NCBI GenBank assembly: GCA_964617535.1
Contig: CAZTYU010000005.1
Span: 6,096-57,641, forward strand
DNA length: 51,546 bases
Direction of reading: 5' to 3'
Source: an uncultured Bdellovibrionales bacterium
Lineage (GTDB): Bacteria; Patescibacteriota; Minisyncoccia; Moranbacterales; UBA1568
Made by a program: the position numbers and the translations under genes. The notes below the pieces were generated by a model. The model saw only the letters and a program-made list of their open reading frames with translations, did no database searches and was not told the origin of the DNA. This document shows positions 18,662 to 26,860 of this stretch, in pieces. Each line of letters begins with the position of its first letter. The first letter of the stretch is position 1.

Positions 18662-20009
18662 ACTTCTTTATCCTAGAGTTAGTAAGTGATCTCTTTGAAA
18701 CTTTCCTAGGTGTGGGCGTGTGTTTTTCCTTGTCGCTATTTTTCCTATCCCTCTTTCCAATAGGAGAAGTGACACCCAAAAATTCTGAGGCTTGTCGCAT
18801 ATTCATACGCAAGAGCAGATCATCCCCCATTGCCAGGATTTTCTTCGGATGCTGTGGCACTATTTTTGCAGCCTTTAGAATTGCTTTCCCGATAGCTCTC
18901 GCCATCGGTGGAGATACCGCGTTCCCTATCTGTCGAGCGCCGTGCCACTTTGTTTCATGGAAACGAAACCAGTCAGGAAATCCGTGAAGCCGCGCCATCT
19001 CTCGGACCGTAATACAACGTGGATATTTGTAGTGAATCGGTCGTGGAGATGTAAATGCCCCTCGTGCAGCATCCGTTCCGGCGCGTAGTGTATTAGAGAC
19101 TCCAAAAGAAGGGAGCTTAAAGAAACGCGATATCGGTTCAACCTTACCCTCCGGCGTTCGCGCAAACCGATCTCGTGATACTTTTGTATGTTCCGCTCGC
19201 ATGCTTGAAGTTAACAACGAAGCATCCCACTTTCTTTGGTATCCATAATGCCAAGCGTTTTCTGAAAGCACTCGCATTTCTTGCGCATATTCACTAGGCT
19301 TTTTCCACGCTATCTTTGGTAATCGTATTTCGTCAGATTCAAGCAATGCTTCGTACATATCAGCATCTGGAAGATCGCCGAGAGCATCTTTGCAAGTTGG
19401 TCCCTCAGGAAGCGACTTATCCCCCTTGACCGAACCGGCTTGACGGAAAACAACCTCAGGATATTCCGGTATCCGTAGACCCTTTTTAGCACCAAGAAGA
19501 ATTAGTCTCTGTCTATTCTGGGGAGCACTATATTCTGCTGCATTAAGAACCTTCCACGGTTTTTGGACAACATAGCCAGAGGTCTCAAACGATGCGATCA
19601 CTTCCTCCAAAAATGCCTTATGACGGCCCACAGTAAGACCCTTAACGTTCTCAAACACGAAATAGCTTGCATCAAGTTCTTTGACTATACGGACAAATTC
19701 TCGCACAAGCGAATTCCTAGGATCATCAAGCGCTCTCTTGCCGATCATCGAGAACCCCTGACAAGGAGCTCCCCCAACTACTAAATCAACTTTCTTATTA
19801 CCTATATTAGCCTCCCTGCGAATATCTTTTCCAGAAATTTTCGAAACATCCCGGCAAATTACCGCCGCTTCAGGAAAATTATAATGATGGATTACTGCAT
19901 GGATTGGATCAATTTCCACCGCAGCGGCCACATCAAAACCAGCCTGTTCTAAGCCCAGACTTAGACCACCGGCTCCAGCAAATAAATCAATAGCGATTGG
20001 TCGTGACAT
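18654..20009 (-). CDS. DNA (cytosine-5)-methyltransferase with a basic C-terminal tail
   Basis: 451 aa. Motif I DLFAGAGGLSLGL, motif IV GGAPCQGFS, motif VI FVFENVKGL, motif VIII QNRQRLILLG, TRD TLRAG, motif X GNAVSPPMARAIG. Confidence 0.94.
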   Translation of the reverse strand: MSRPIAIDLFAGAGGLSLGLEQAGFDVAAAVEIDPIHAVIHHYNFPEAAVICRDVSKISGKDIRREANIGNKKVDLVVGGAPCQGFSMIGKRALDDPRNSLVREFVRIVKELDASYFVFENVKGLTVGRHKAFLEEVIASFETSGYVVQKPWKVLNAAEYSAPQNRQRLILLGAKKGLRIPEYPEVVFRQAGSVKGDKSLPEGPTCKDALGDLPDADMYEALLESDEIRLPKIAWKKPSEYAQEMRVLSENAWHYGYQRKWDASLLTSSMRAEHTKVSRDRFARTPEGKVEPISRFFKLPSFGVSNTLRAGTDAARGAFTSPRPIHYKYPRCITVREMARLHGFPDWFRFHETKWHGARQIGNAVSPPMARAIGKAILKAAKIVPQHPKKILAMGDDLLLRMNMRQASEFLGVTSPIGKRDRKNSDKEKHTPTPRKVSKRSLTNSRIKKYV

Positions 20010-20253
20010 AGCGATTTCTATTCTACCTCACATTTGGGGTGTTTAGACAGCATTGCTATCCAAAGTGACTTCCTCAATCTTATCGGTGGCCACCTTTATT
20101 AAGGGCGCGCGCCGGCTGAAGCCACTCCGCGCCGGCCAGGAAATCCCCTGGAAGTGCCTCCCCCGAAGCTAGATCGTCCCATGTGACGGTTTCCTGCGCC
20201 CCTGCTCTATCACGAGCGGCGGGCGCTTTCTTTTTTCCCAGAAATTTTTCAGA

Positions 20254-20292
20254 TAAAAAAAACTCCCGTGCCAGAGATTACTCTGACACGGG
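20254..20292 (-). terminator. Rho-independent terminator after the 20311..21615 ORF
   Basis: The minus strand reads CCCGUGUCAGAG-UAAU-CUCUGGCACGGG, a 12-bp stem with one mismatch. It is followed by AG then UUUUUUUU. Confidence 0.65.
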
Positions 20293-20310
20293 CTTCAACT
20301 CACTAGACCA

Positions 20311-21615
20311 TCAGTCCGGCGGACGGAGCGCCGGATACAGCTTTTCGGCCAAGGGGCCGACGAGTCCGCGCAGCCGCTCATCGAGGGCAGCGAGCTCGGC
20401 CTGAGCAGCTACGAGCCGTTCTTCAACGGCTGCACGCTCAGCGAGGAGCGCTGCGATGCTGTCGGTCGGGATGACCGAAGGCGCTGCCTTGCCACGACGC
20501 TTCTTCGGCGGCTCATCGCCGGAACGCGACTTCCGGTTCTTGCGATCGGAAAGACCGGTCTTCGGAAGCGGACGAAGCTCGATGCCGACGAGGCCGCGTT
20601 CGCTGACGAAGCTCTCTTCTGCCTGATAGGTGGACGGACCGACTTGGCGGATCCACTTGAGGCCGATGAGCTCCATCGTGCAGCCGGTGGCGTACCAGCG
20701 GTCGGTTTTTCCGGCAAAGAGTTCACGGGCGACGGAGACCATGTCCCGTCCCATGAAAACGCCGTTCTCCTTGCCCTGGAGCAGCCGCTCGAGGAGCCGA
20801 GCGTGGACCTCGTGGGACGCTGATTGAGCATGGACAGGATCTGGCATGGCAGACCTCCTTGTTGACGTAGTGGGATGGGATCGATCCGATCCGAGTGGGG
20901 AAACGAATCGGACTTTGACTTTCCAGCTTTCCCTCGCCCGGCGCGTCGGACGGAGTGCGGGCGATGGCGGGGCCGTCGGCTGCACCGCAACCTGCGGCGC
21001 TGGACTCGGCACGTTTGCAGGAACCGGAGCTCGGCGAGTCATCTCCTCCGGAGAAAGCTGCCTAACCCGGCCATGGCCGAGCCGCTGCCATTCGCGACTG
21101 ATCATGGTCCGACCATCAACCGGCAGAGGACGAACAGCTCGGATATCGTCCCCAGAATCGTCATCGTCCCGGCGCACCCGAGGAGGAGCGGATGGGGCTG
21201 CCGGACGAGTCGTCGGCAGTACGGGACGCACTTCGGGTTCGATCACCCCCTGCCAGTGAGTCGCGTTGCCTGCTCTCACGACGGGAGCGAGCTGACGGAG
21301 AAACGACGCTCGATCGAAGCCGGGCGGGAGACGGAGAACGCCAGCGACTGTCCCTTGCGGAAACAGTACGGACCGGATCGACACATGGACGATACCTGGC
21401 ATGAGTTCCGACCCTTCTATCGCTTCTAGACGGTACTGGGAGGGATTCGGAAGCGATCGCGATTCGCCAACGATATCGAGACGCCAGACTCCAGCGATCC
21501 CCAAAACCCGCAGCACGGAAAGGAGCATCGCTTGCGCGCGCTCAAGGACGAGCGGTTTCACCGCAACATCTTTTGGGCATCGAACATCTAGTCCGAGGCC
21601 GCTTGGCATATCCAT
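20311..21615 (-). CDS. Hypothetical protein: N-terminal globular part, Pro/Arg-rich low-complexity middle, C-terminal domain plus coiled coil
   Basis: 434-aa ORF with an SD-like AGGAAGAGG before the ATG at 21615 and a terminator downstream. An in-frame internal ATG at 20847 is preceded by a perfect AAGGAGG, so the real product may be the 178-aa C-terminal part. No family recognised. Confidence 0.5.
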   Translation of the reverse strand: MDMPSGLGLDVRCPKDVAVKPLVLERAQAMLLSVLRVLGIAGVWRLDIVGESRSLPNPSQYRLEAIEGSELMPGIVHVSIRSVLFPQGTVAGVLRLPPGFDRASFLRQLAPVVRAGNATHWQGVIEPEVRPVLPTTRPAAPSAPPRVRRDDDDSGDDIRAVRPLPVDGRTMISREWQRLGHGRVRQLSPEEMTRRAPVPANVPSPAPQVAVQPTAPPSPALRPTRRARESWKVKVRFVSPLGSDRSHPTTSTRRSAMPDPVHAQSASHEVHARLLERLLQGKENGVFMGRDMVSVARELFAGKTDRWYATGCTMELIGLKWIRQVGPSTYQAEESFVSERGLVGIELRPLPKTGLSDRKNRKSRSGDEPPKKRRGKAAPSVIPTDSIAALLAERAAVEERLVAAQAELAALDERLRGLVGPLAEKLYPALRPPD

Positions 21616-21761
21616 GGCCTCTTCCTTTCAGTACGACACGAGGGATCCAGAAGCGTAGGCTTCCGGGACTTAAGGAACATTTCCAGGAGCTTAGCGCACA
21701 GAATCAGGCTTGTAAAGAAACGGGTTCTGCTCCGGTCGAAGCGGGACCTATCGACCGACGA

Positions 21762-22799
21762 CTAGAGTTCCGGCGCTCGGACTATGGTCAGCGACTGGGT
21801 ATCCGGATGTCGGGAAGCGAAGGCCGACACGGTCGCTGCTACTTCGGCTGCGGTGTGGCATTCCATGAGCTCCCTCCGAAGTTCGCGCGCGCCGGGAAAT
21901 CCGACGATATAGGCCTGGAAATGTTTTTTCAAAAGTTCAAAACTCTTGGTATCGCCCCAAGTCTCTGCAAAGAGCTCGGTGAGAACGAGGATCGCTTCAA
22001 GGCGCTCGCGCACGGTCACGCTCGTCTTCGATTCATCGAATAGCCATGGATTTCCGAATACACCGCGACCGATCATGACGCCATCACAACCAGTCTCGGC
22101 ACATTTTTTCCGTGCCTCAGCAATACTCTTCACATCACCGTTACCGATGATGAGCGTCTCCGGACTCACTGCATCCCGGAGAGCTACAGCGTCCGTCATC
22201 CGATCCCAATGCGCCGGGACGAGCGACATTTCTTTCTTGGTTCGGAGATGGAGCGTGACCGCAGCCGGCTTTGTCTCGAACACCTTCGGGAGCCACGCCT
22301 CGAGCTCGTCGCGGCTATAGCCGAGCCTCGTCTTTACCGATACCGGCAAAGGCTCGGTCCCGTCGGCACGGACGCCCTCCATCGCGGCGCGGATGACGGC
22401 TTGAGCAAGAGCCGGGTCTTTCATGCACGCCGCCCCCGCCCCTTGTTTCATCACATTTTTATCGGGGCAGCCCATATTGATATCAATCCCATCGAAGCCG
22501 AGGCTCTTCACGAGCTTCGCCGCCTCGAACATGTTTTCCGGGTGACCGGTGAAAAGCTGCGCGACGATGGGCCGTTCATTGTCGTCGAATCGGAGATCGC
22601 GAATGAGCGCCTCACGTCCCTTTGGATGGCACAGTCCGTCCGCCGCGACGAATTCCGTCCACAGCACATCCGGCTTCCGGTAGCGCGTGATGAACTGGCG
22701 AAAACTGTAGTCGGTGATATTGGCGAGCGGCGCCAAAACGAAAAACGGCCGCGGCAAGCGGTCCCAAAAACCGAGAAAAGGAGTGTCCAGAGTCTTCAT
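21762..22799 (-). CDS. dus: tRNA-dihydrouridine synthase
   Basis: LAPLANITDYSFRQF..., QLFTGHPENM, DGIDINMGCPDKNVMKQGAGAACM, VSVKTRLGY, IGNGDV and DGVMIGRGVFGNPWLF are Dus-family motifs. I prefer the ATG at 22799 (GGGAGGG SD and TATAGT upstream) over the track start at 22853. Confidence 0.88.
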   Translation of the reverse strand: MKTLDTPFLGFWDRLPRPFFVLAPLANITDYSFRQFITRYRKPDVLWTEFVAADGLCHPKGREALIRDLRFDDNERPIVAQLFTGHPENMFEAAKLVKSLGFDGIDINMGCPDKNVMKQGAGAACMKDPALAQAVIRAAMEGVRADGTEPLPVSVKTRLGYSRDELEAWLPKVFETKPAAVTLHLRTKKEMSLVPAHWDRMTDAVALRDAVSPETLIIGNGDVKSIAEARKKCAETGCDGVMIGRGVFGNPWLFDESKTSVTVRERLEAILVLTELFAETWGDTKSFELLKKHFQAYIVGFPGARELRRELMECHTAAEVAATVSAFASRHPDTQSLTIVRAPEL

Positions 22800-22895
22800 A
22801 AAATCCCTCCCACTATAGAGAGCTTTTGAGAAAAAAGAAAGCTGCCAGACCAACGTGTGGTAGCAGCAATTAATTTCAAGGCCAGAGCGGGACAG

Positions 22896-23537
22896 CTACT
22901 CGATCCGCGAAGAACGGATATGGCCTTTGTAGAGGAAGCTCTTCAGCATCCCGAGCTCTCTTGCCGTCGGACGGTATTCGCGGAGACTCGCGAGGAGAGT
23001 GAGGACGATACCCTGCCCGAAGAGATCGACCATCTTTTCCATTCGCCGCGGCTCGACTTCCTTCCGAGCGACCGCCCAAGAAAGCACGAGCGCGTTGGCG
23101 TCGTGACAGACGTCGATGACGGGAAGCTGACGGAGCGCATGGAGCGCCCGGAGGATGCGCGGCCGGGACAGCGGGGCCCGATTCGCCGGGACAGAGAGGT
23201 CGATCGGGTAACCGAAGAATTCCCGGCCCGGCTCATGCTTCATCCACCAGTAAAAGCCGACGCCGATAGAAACATGCGTTTCGTCTTTTTGGCTCGGCAG
23301 CACCGCTGGCCGACGAAACCGCTCGCTGGTACGAGCGCCGAGCATCGTCCGTTCCGGAAAAGACGAGCCGCTGTCCTTGAGGTCGCCACGGCCGGCTGGC
23401 GATGGCAGCTCGAGTCCGACGAACGGGAAAACGGGAAAGTCACCCGCGCAGTTCGGGACCACGATCTGGCGGACGAGGCGCGCGTGCTCCGGAATGAGCG
23501 CCGGATGCGAATACGGGAACGTATGGAGCGTACCCAC
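22896..23537 (-). CDS. Hypothetical protein (213 aa), no recognisable family
   Basis: The track ORF extends to 23735 from a TTG. A GTG at 23537 is preceded by AGGAGG with a 7-nt spacer, and the protein looks globular from there (VGTLHTFPYSHPALIPEH...). The + strand ORF 22857..23555 is an R/E-rich shadow. Confidence 0.55.
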   Translation of the reverse strand: MGTLHTFPYSHPALIPEHARLVRQIVVPNCAGDFPVFPFVGLELPSPAGRGDLKDSGSSFPERTMLGARTSERFRRPAVLPSQKDETHVSIGVGFYWWMKHEPGREFFGYPIDLSVPANRAPLSRPRILRALHALRQLPVIDVCHDANALVLSWAVARKEVEPRRMEKMVDLFGQGIVLTLLASLREYRPTARELGMLKSFLYKGHIRSSRIE

Positions 23538-23648
23538 GGTATATCCTCCTCTTGAAAATGAACAAAGACACCCCCTATGCAAAAGATTCTTTGCAACACC
23601 GTTAATTAACACCAGGCTGGAATTTCTGTCCACCCGAGAGAATGCTAT

Positions 23649-23677
23649 TTGACAGTCGGTTGATTTTTCAGTAATAT
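23649..23677 (+). promoter_or_regulatory. Near-consensus sigma70 promoter of the Rrf2-suf operon (TTGACA-17 nt-TAATAT)
   Basis: TTGACA at 23649..23654 and TAATAT at 23672..23677. The palindrome CTAATTAG (23683..23690) lies just downstream and is a candidate operator. Confidence 0.55.
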
Positions 23678-23722
23678 CAGACCTAATTAGTCCGATTTCA
23701 TTACCCAACCGAATTTCTTTAT

Positions 23723-24127
23723 ATGAAGGTATCAAAAAAGGCTTACTACGGGCTTCGGGCCGCGATCGCCCTCGCCCATGCTGATCGGGCGCTGTCGATC
23801 CGCATCCTCGCCGAATCCGAACATCTTCCCGAGGACTATCTGGAAAAGATACTCCAAAGTCTCCGCCGCGCCGGGATCGTCGAGGCGACCAAAGGTGTCT
23901 CCGGCGGCTACACGCTCGCCCGAAACGCCAGCGACACGAGCGCCTGGGATATCCTCAGCGTTCTGGACGGTCCGATCGAGATGTTTCGTCCACCAGTAAA
24001 AGGCGCGCTCCCCTGTTTCCAAGTCAGCCACTGCCAAACGAATCAGGTTTGGCGGACGCTCGAAGACAAGATCGAGGAGACGCTTTCCGGCATCTCGCTC
24101 GAACATTTATCCCATAATGCGCGCTAA
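23723..24127 (+). CDS. Rrf2-family transcriptional regulator (IscR/SufR-like role)
   Basis: 134 aa. MKVSKKAYYGLRAAIALA...LPEDYLEKILQSLRRAGIVEATKGVSGGYTLAR is the Rrf2 wHTH. Only two Cys (PCFQVSHC) lie in the cluster-ligand region. Confidence 0.9.
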   Translation: MKVSKKAYYGLRAAIALAHADRALSIRILAESEHLPEDYLEKILQSLRRAGIVEATKGVSGGYTLARNASDTSAWDILSVLDGPIEMFRPPVKGALPCFQVSHCQTNQVWRTLEDKIEETLSGISLEHLSHNAR

Positions 24128-24130
24128 CGT

Positions 24131-24847
24131 ATGCTCCGTCTCGAGAATTTTTCCGTCTCAGTCGAAAAAAAGAGCATCCTTCGCGATTTCACTTTCGATT
24201 TTCTCCCCGGCAAGACGTATGCCCTCATGGGACCGAACGGCTCCGGAAAATCAACTCTCGCGAGCGCGATTCTGGGCCATCCGAAATATTCGGTCGCCCG
24301 AAATTCGAAGCTCCTCATGAATGGGAAGAGCCTGAAACCGCTTTCGCCTGACGCTCGCGCGCGCCAAGGCGTCTTCTTGTCATTCCAGACGCCGATGGAA
24401 CTCGCAGGCGTGACCGTATTCGAACTCCTCCGCCTCGCGCTCGAAAAAAAGATCGCGCCCGTCGAACTGCATGCCCTCGTCGGAAAATATGCCCGTGAGC
24501 TCCGGATCAAGGATGAACTCCTCAAACGTTCCCTCAATGCCGGGTTCTCCGGCGGTGAAAAGAAGAAATTTGAAGCCCTTCAGGCCGTGCTCCTCGCCCC
24601 CAGCTTTGCTATTTTCGATGAGATCGATACCGGAGTGGATGTCGATGCGTTGAAAACGATTGCGACATTCCTCAGGCGGCATCTCCCTAAAGAAACGACG
24701 CTCGTGTTCATCACGCATTCCACCCGCCTCTTGAAAGCCATCAAACCGGATACTGTCCTCGTCCTCCGAGATGGGCGGCTCGTGAAAACCGGGAGCGCCG
24801 CGCTCGCCAAGAAAATCGAGGAGCGCGGATTCGATTCGATCAAATAA
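24131..24847 (+). CDS. sufC: Fe-S cluster assembly ATPase SufC
   Basis: 238 aa. Walker A GPNGSGKSTL, ABC signature FSGGEKKK, Walker B AIFDEIDTGVD, immediately upstream of sufB. Confidence 0.93.
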   Translation: MLRLENFSVSVEKKSILRDFTFDFLPGKTYALMGPNGSGKSTLASAILGHPKYSVARNSKLLMNGKSLKPLSPDARARQGVFLSFQTPMELAGVTVFELLRLALEKKIAPVELHALVGKYARELRIKDELLKRSLNAGFSGGEKKKFEALQAVLLAPSFAIFDEIDTGVDVDALKTIATFLRRHLPKETTLVFITHSTRLLKAIKPDTVLVLRDGRLVKTGSAALAKKIEERGFDSIK

Positions 24848-24851
24848 TCCC

Positions 24852-26258
24852 ATGGCCCGCTCAAAAAAATCCACCCTTGATCTCGGAGACTATCGCTACG
24901 GCTTCTCCATGCCCGAACGTTCCGTCCACAAAACAGACACCGGTCTCGATGCTGCTACCGTCGCCGAGATTTCAGGCGTCAAAGGCGAAGCGAAATGGAT
25001 GCGGAATTTCCGGCTCGCGAGCTACGAGACGTTCATGGAAAAGCCCATGCCCGATTGGGGCGCCGATCTCTCCGGGATCGACTTTGATCGCATCACCTAT
25101 TACCTGAAAGCGACAAAGGAACAGTCCGGTTCCTGGGAAGACCTGCCGAAAGAAATCAAGGATACCTACGACAAGATCGGCGTCCCGGAAGCGGAGAAGA
25201 ATTTCCTTGCCGGCGTTTCGGCCCAGTACGAATCCGAAGTCGTCTATGAAAGCGTTCACAAGGAACTGACCAAGCTCGGAGTCATCTTCTGCGATATGGA
25301 TACGGCCGTAGAGAAATATCCGGAAATCGTCCGGGAGTACTTCGGCAAACTTATTCCCCCGAACGACAACAAATTCGCCGCCCTCAACTCGGCGGTCTGG
25401 AGCGGCGGCTCGTTCGTTTACGTGCCGAAAGGCGTCCGGGTCGATCTCCCACTCCAGGCCTATTTCCGGATCAATGCCGAGTCTTTCGGCCAGTTCGAAC
25501 GGACGCTCATCATCGCCGAGGAAGGCAGCTCCGTACACTACATCGAGGGGTGCACCGCGCCCATCTACCGCTCGAGCTCGCTCCACTCGGCCGTGGTCGA
25601 GATTTTCGTGAAAAAAAATGCGCGCGTCCGCTACACGACCGTCCAGAACTGGTCCAAGAATATCTACAATCTCGTGACGAAACGAGCCCGCGCTGAGGAA
25701 AATGCCATCATGGAGTGGATCGATTGCAACATCGGTTCCGGCGTCACGATGAAATACCCGGCCGTGTATCTCGCCGGACGCGGGGCGCGGGGCGAAGTAC
25801 TCTCGATCGCCTATGCCGGCGAGGGCCAGCACCAGGATGCTGGCGCCAAGATGGTACACCTCGCGCCGGACACGAGTTCGCGAGTCATTTCCAAGTCGAT
25901 TTCAAAGGATGGCGGCCGTACGTCGTATCGCGGGCTGGTCCACATCGCTAGTGGCGCGACCAATGCCAAAGCGTCGGTCATCTGTGACGCACTGCTCCTC
26001 GATGCCGAGTCGCGATCAGATACCTACCCGGCGATGCGCGTGAATGAGGAGACTGCCTCGGTCGAGCACGAAGCAACTGTCGAACGCATCGGCGAAGAAA
26101 AGCTTTTTTATCTCACCTCGCGCGGGATTTTGGAAAGTGACGCCGAAGGACTCCTCGTCAACGGCTTCATCGACCCGGTTGTGAAGGAAATACCGCTCGA
26201 ATACTCCATCGAGCTCAATCGACTCATAAACCTCGAAATGAAAGGCTCCGTCGGCTAA
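24852..26258 (+). CDS. sufB: Fe-S cluster assembly scaffold SufB
   Basis: 468 aa with typical SufB blocks: ...FVYVPKGVRVDLPLQAYFRIN..., HYIEGCTAP, TKYPAVYL-like MKYPAVYLAGRGA, HEATVERIGEEKLFYLTSRGI. Confidence 0.94.
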   Translation: MARSKKSTLDLGDYRYGFSMPERSVHKTDTGLDAATVAEISGVKGEAKWMRNFRLASYETFMEKPMPDWGADLSGIDFDRITYYLKATKEQSGSWEDLPKEIKDTYDKIGVPEAEKNFLAGVSAQYESEVVYESVHKELTKLGVIFCDMDTAVEKYPEIVREYFGKLIPPNDNKFAALNSAVWSGGSFVYVPKGVRVDLPLQAYFRINAESFGQFERTLIIAEEGSSVHYIEGCTAPIYRSSSLHSAVVEIFVKKNARVRYTTVQNWSKNIYNLVTKRARAEENAIMEWIDCNIGSGVTMKYPAVYLAGRGARGEVLSIAYAGEGQHQDAGAKMVHLAPDTSSRVISKSISKDGGRTSYRGLVHIASGATNAKASVICDALLLDAESRSDTYPAMRVNEETASVEHEATVERIGEEKLFYLTSRGILESDAEGLLVNGFIDPVVKEIPLEYSIELNRLINLEMKGSVG

Positions 26259-26263
26259 CCTCT

Positions 26264-26854
26264 ATGCAGTACCGGGATATCTCAAACGATACGGAATCAC
26301 TCTATCGGCTCGCCGAAAACGAGAAAGCGGTTTTTTTCATGCTGAATAGAATCGGAAAAATCACGGTCGAACTCGCCGGCCCCGGTGCCGCCGCACACGT
26401 TTTCGCTTTTTATACTGGCGAGGACGTAGACGCGAAATCGCTCGATCTCACTCAGAGACACCTCGCTCCCGATACCGTATCCTCGGCGCTCGTAAAAGCC
26501 GCCCTCGATAATGACGCTTCGTTCGCCTACGATGGATCGATCAAAATCGATAAAGGTGCCTTCCGGTCCCATGCGAGCCAAGAAAGCCGTACGCTCCTCC
26601 TCTCGCCCACAGCCCGCGCTTCGGCCCGGCCGGCGCTCGAAATCCTCGCGCATGACGTTATCTGCCATCATGCAGCGACCACGAGTCCGGTAAATGACGA
26701 GGCGCTCTTCTTCGCCCGCTCACGCGGACTTTCGAAAGACGCCGCTAAGAAACTTCTGGTCCGGGGATTTTTCCAAGAAGCGTTCGAGCAGATGGAAGCA
26801 CTCGGCATCAAGGCCGCTGAGACGAAAAGCCGCATGCTCTCTTTTATCGCCTAG
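26264..26854 (+). CDS. sufD: SufD-like Fe-S assembly protein, short form
   Basis: 196 aa with the C-terminal SufBD block SQESRTLLLSPTARASARPALEILAHDVICHHAATTSPVNDEALFFARSRGL. It is roughly half the length of E. coli SufD. Confidence 0.8.
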   Translation: MQYRDISNDTESLYRLAENEKAVFFMLNRIGKITVELAGPGAAAHVFAFYTGEDVDAKSLDLTQRHLAPDTVSSALVKAALDNDASFAYDGSIKIDKGAFRSHASQESRTLLLSPTARASARPALEILAHDVICHHAATTSPVNDEALFFARSRGLSKDAAKKLLVRGFFQEAFEQMEALGIKAAETKSRMLSFIA

Positions 26855-26860
26855 AACGAT

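Larger units (their letters stand above)
17850..20100. other. Low-GC restriction-modification island (horizontally acquired)
   Basis: Hand-counted 60-nt lines give 38 % (18001) and 43 % (19261) GC inside, against 60 % (17401) and 63 % (20401) in the flanks. It contains only the MTase/REase pair. No integrase or flanking direct repeats were seen. Confidence 0.65.

Noticed and set aside
20100-20253. Possible 3' continuation of the truncated + strand gene to the right of the RM island
   Set aside because: I translated all three + frames. They give only short stop-interrupted peptides (e.g. KGARRLKPLRAGQEIPWKCLPRS*) with no resemblance to a DHODH-like C-terminus.
20409-20990. 193-aa alternative-frame ORF, plus + strand ORFs 20846..21259 and 20875..21429
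   Set aside because: They overlap the 434-aa ORF in a 63-65 % GC stretch. They are Arg/Ser/Pro-rich with no start signals. The frame with the SD sequences and terminator is preferred, although the locus as a whole remains uncertain.
23538-23735. Upstream 66 codons of track ORF 22896..23735 (TTG start)
   Set aside because: This region overlaps the Rrf2/suf promoter and the Rrf2 start codon, and has an implausible sequence. A strong AGGAGG-GTG start exists at 23537.
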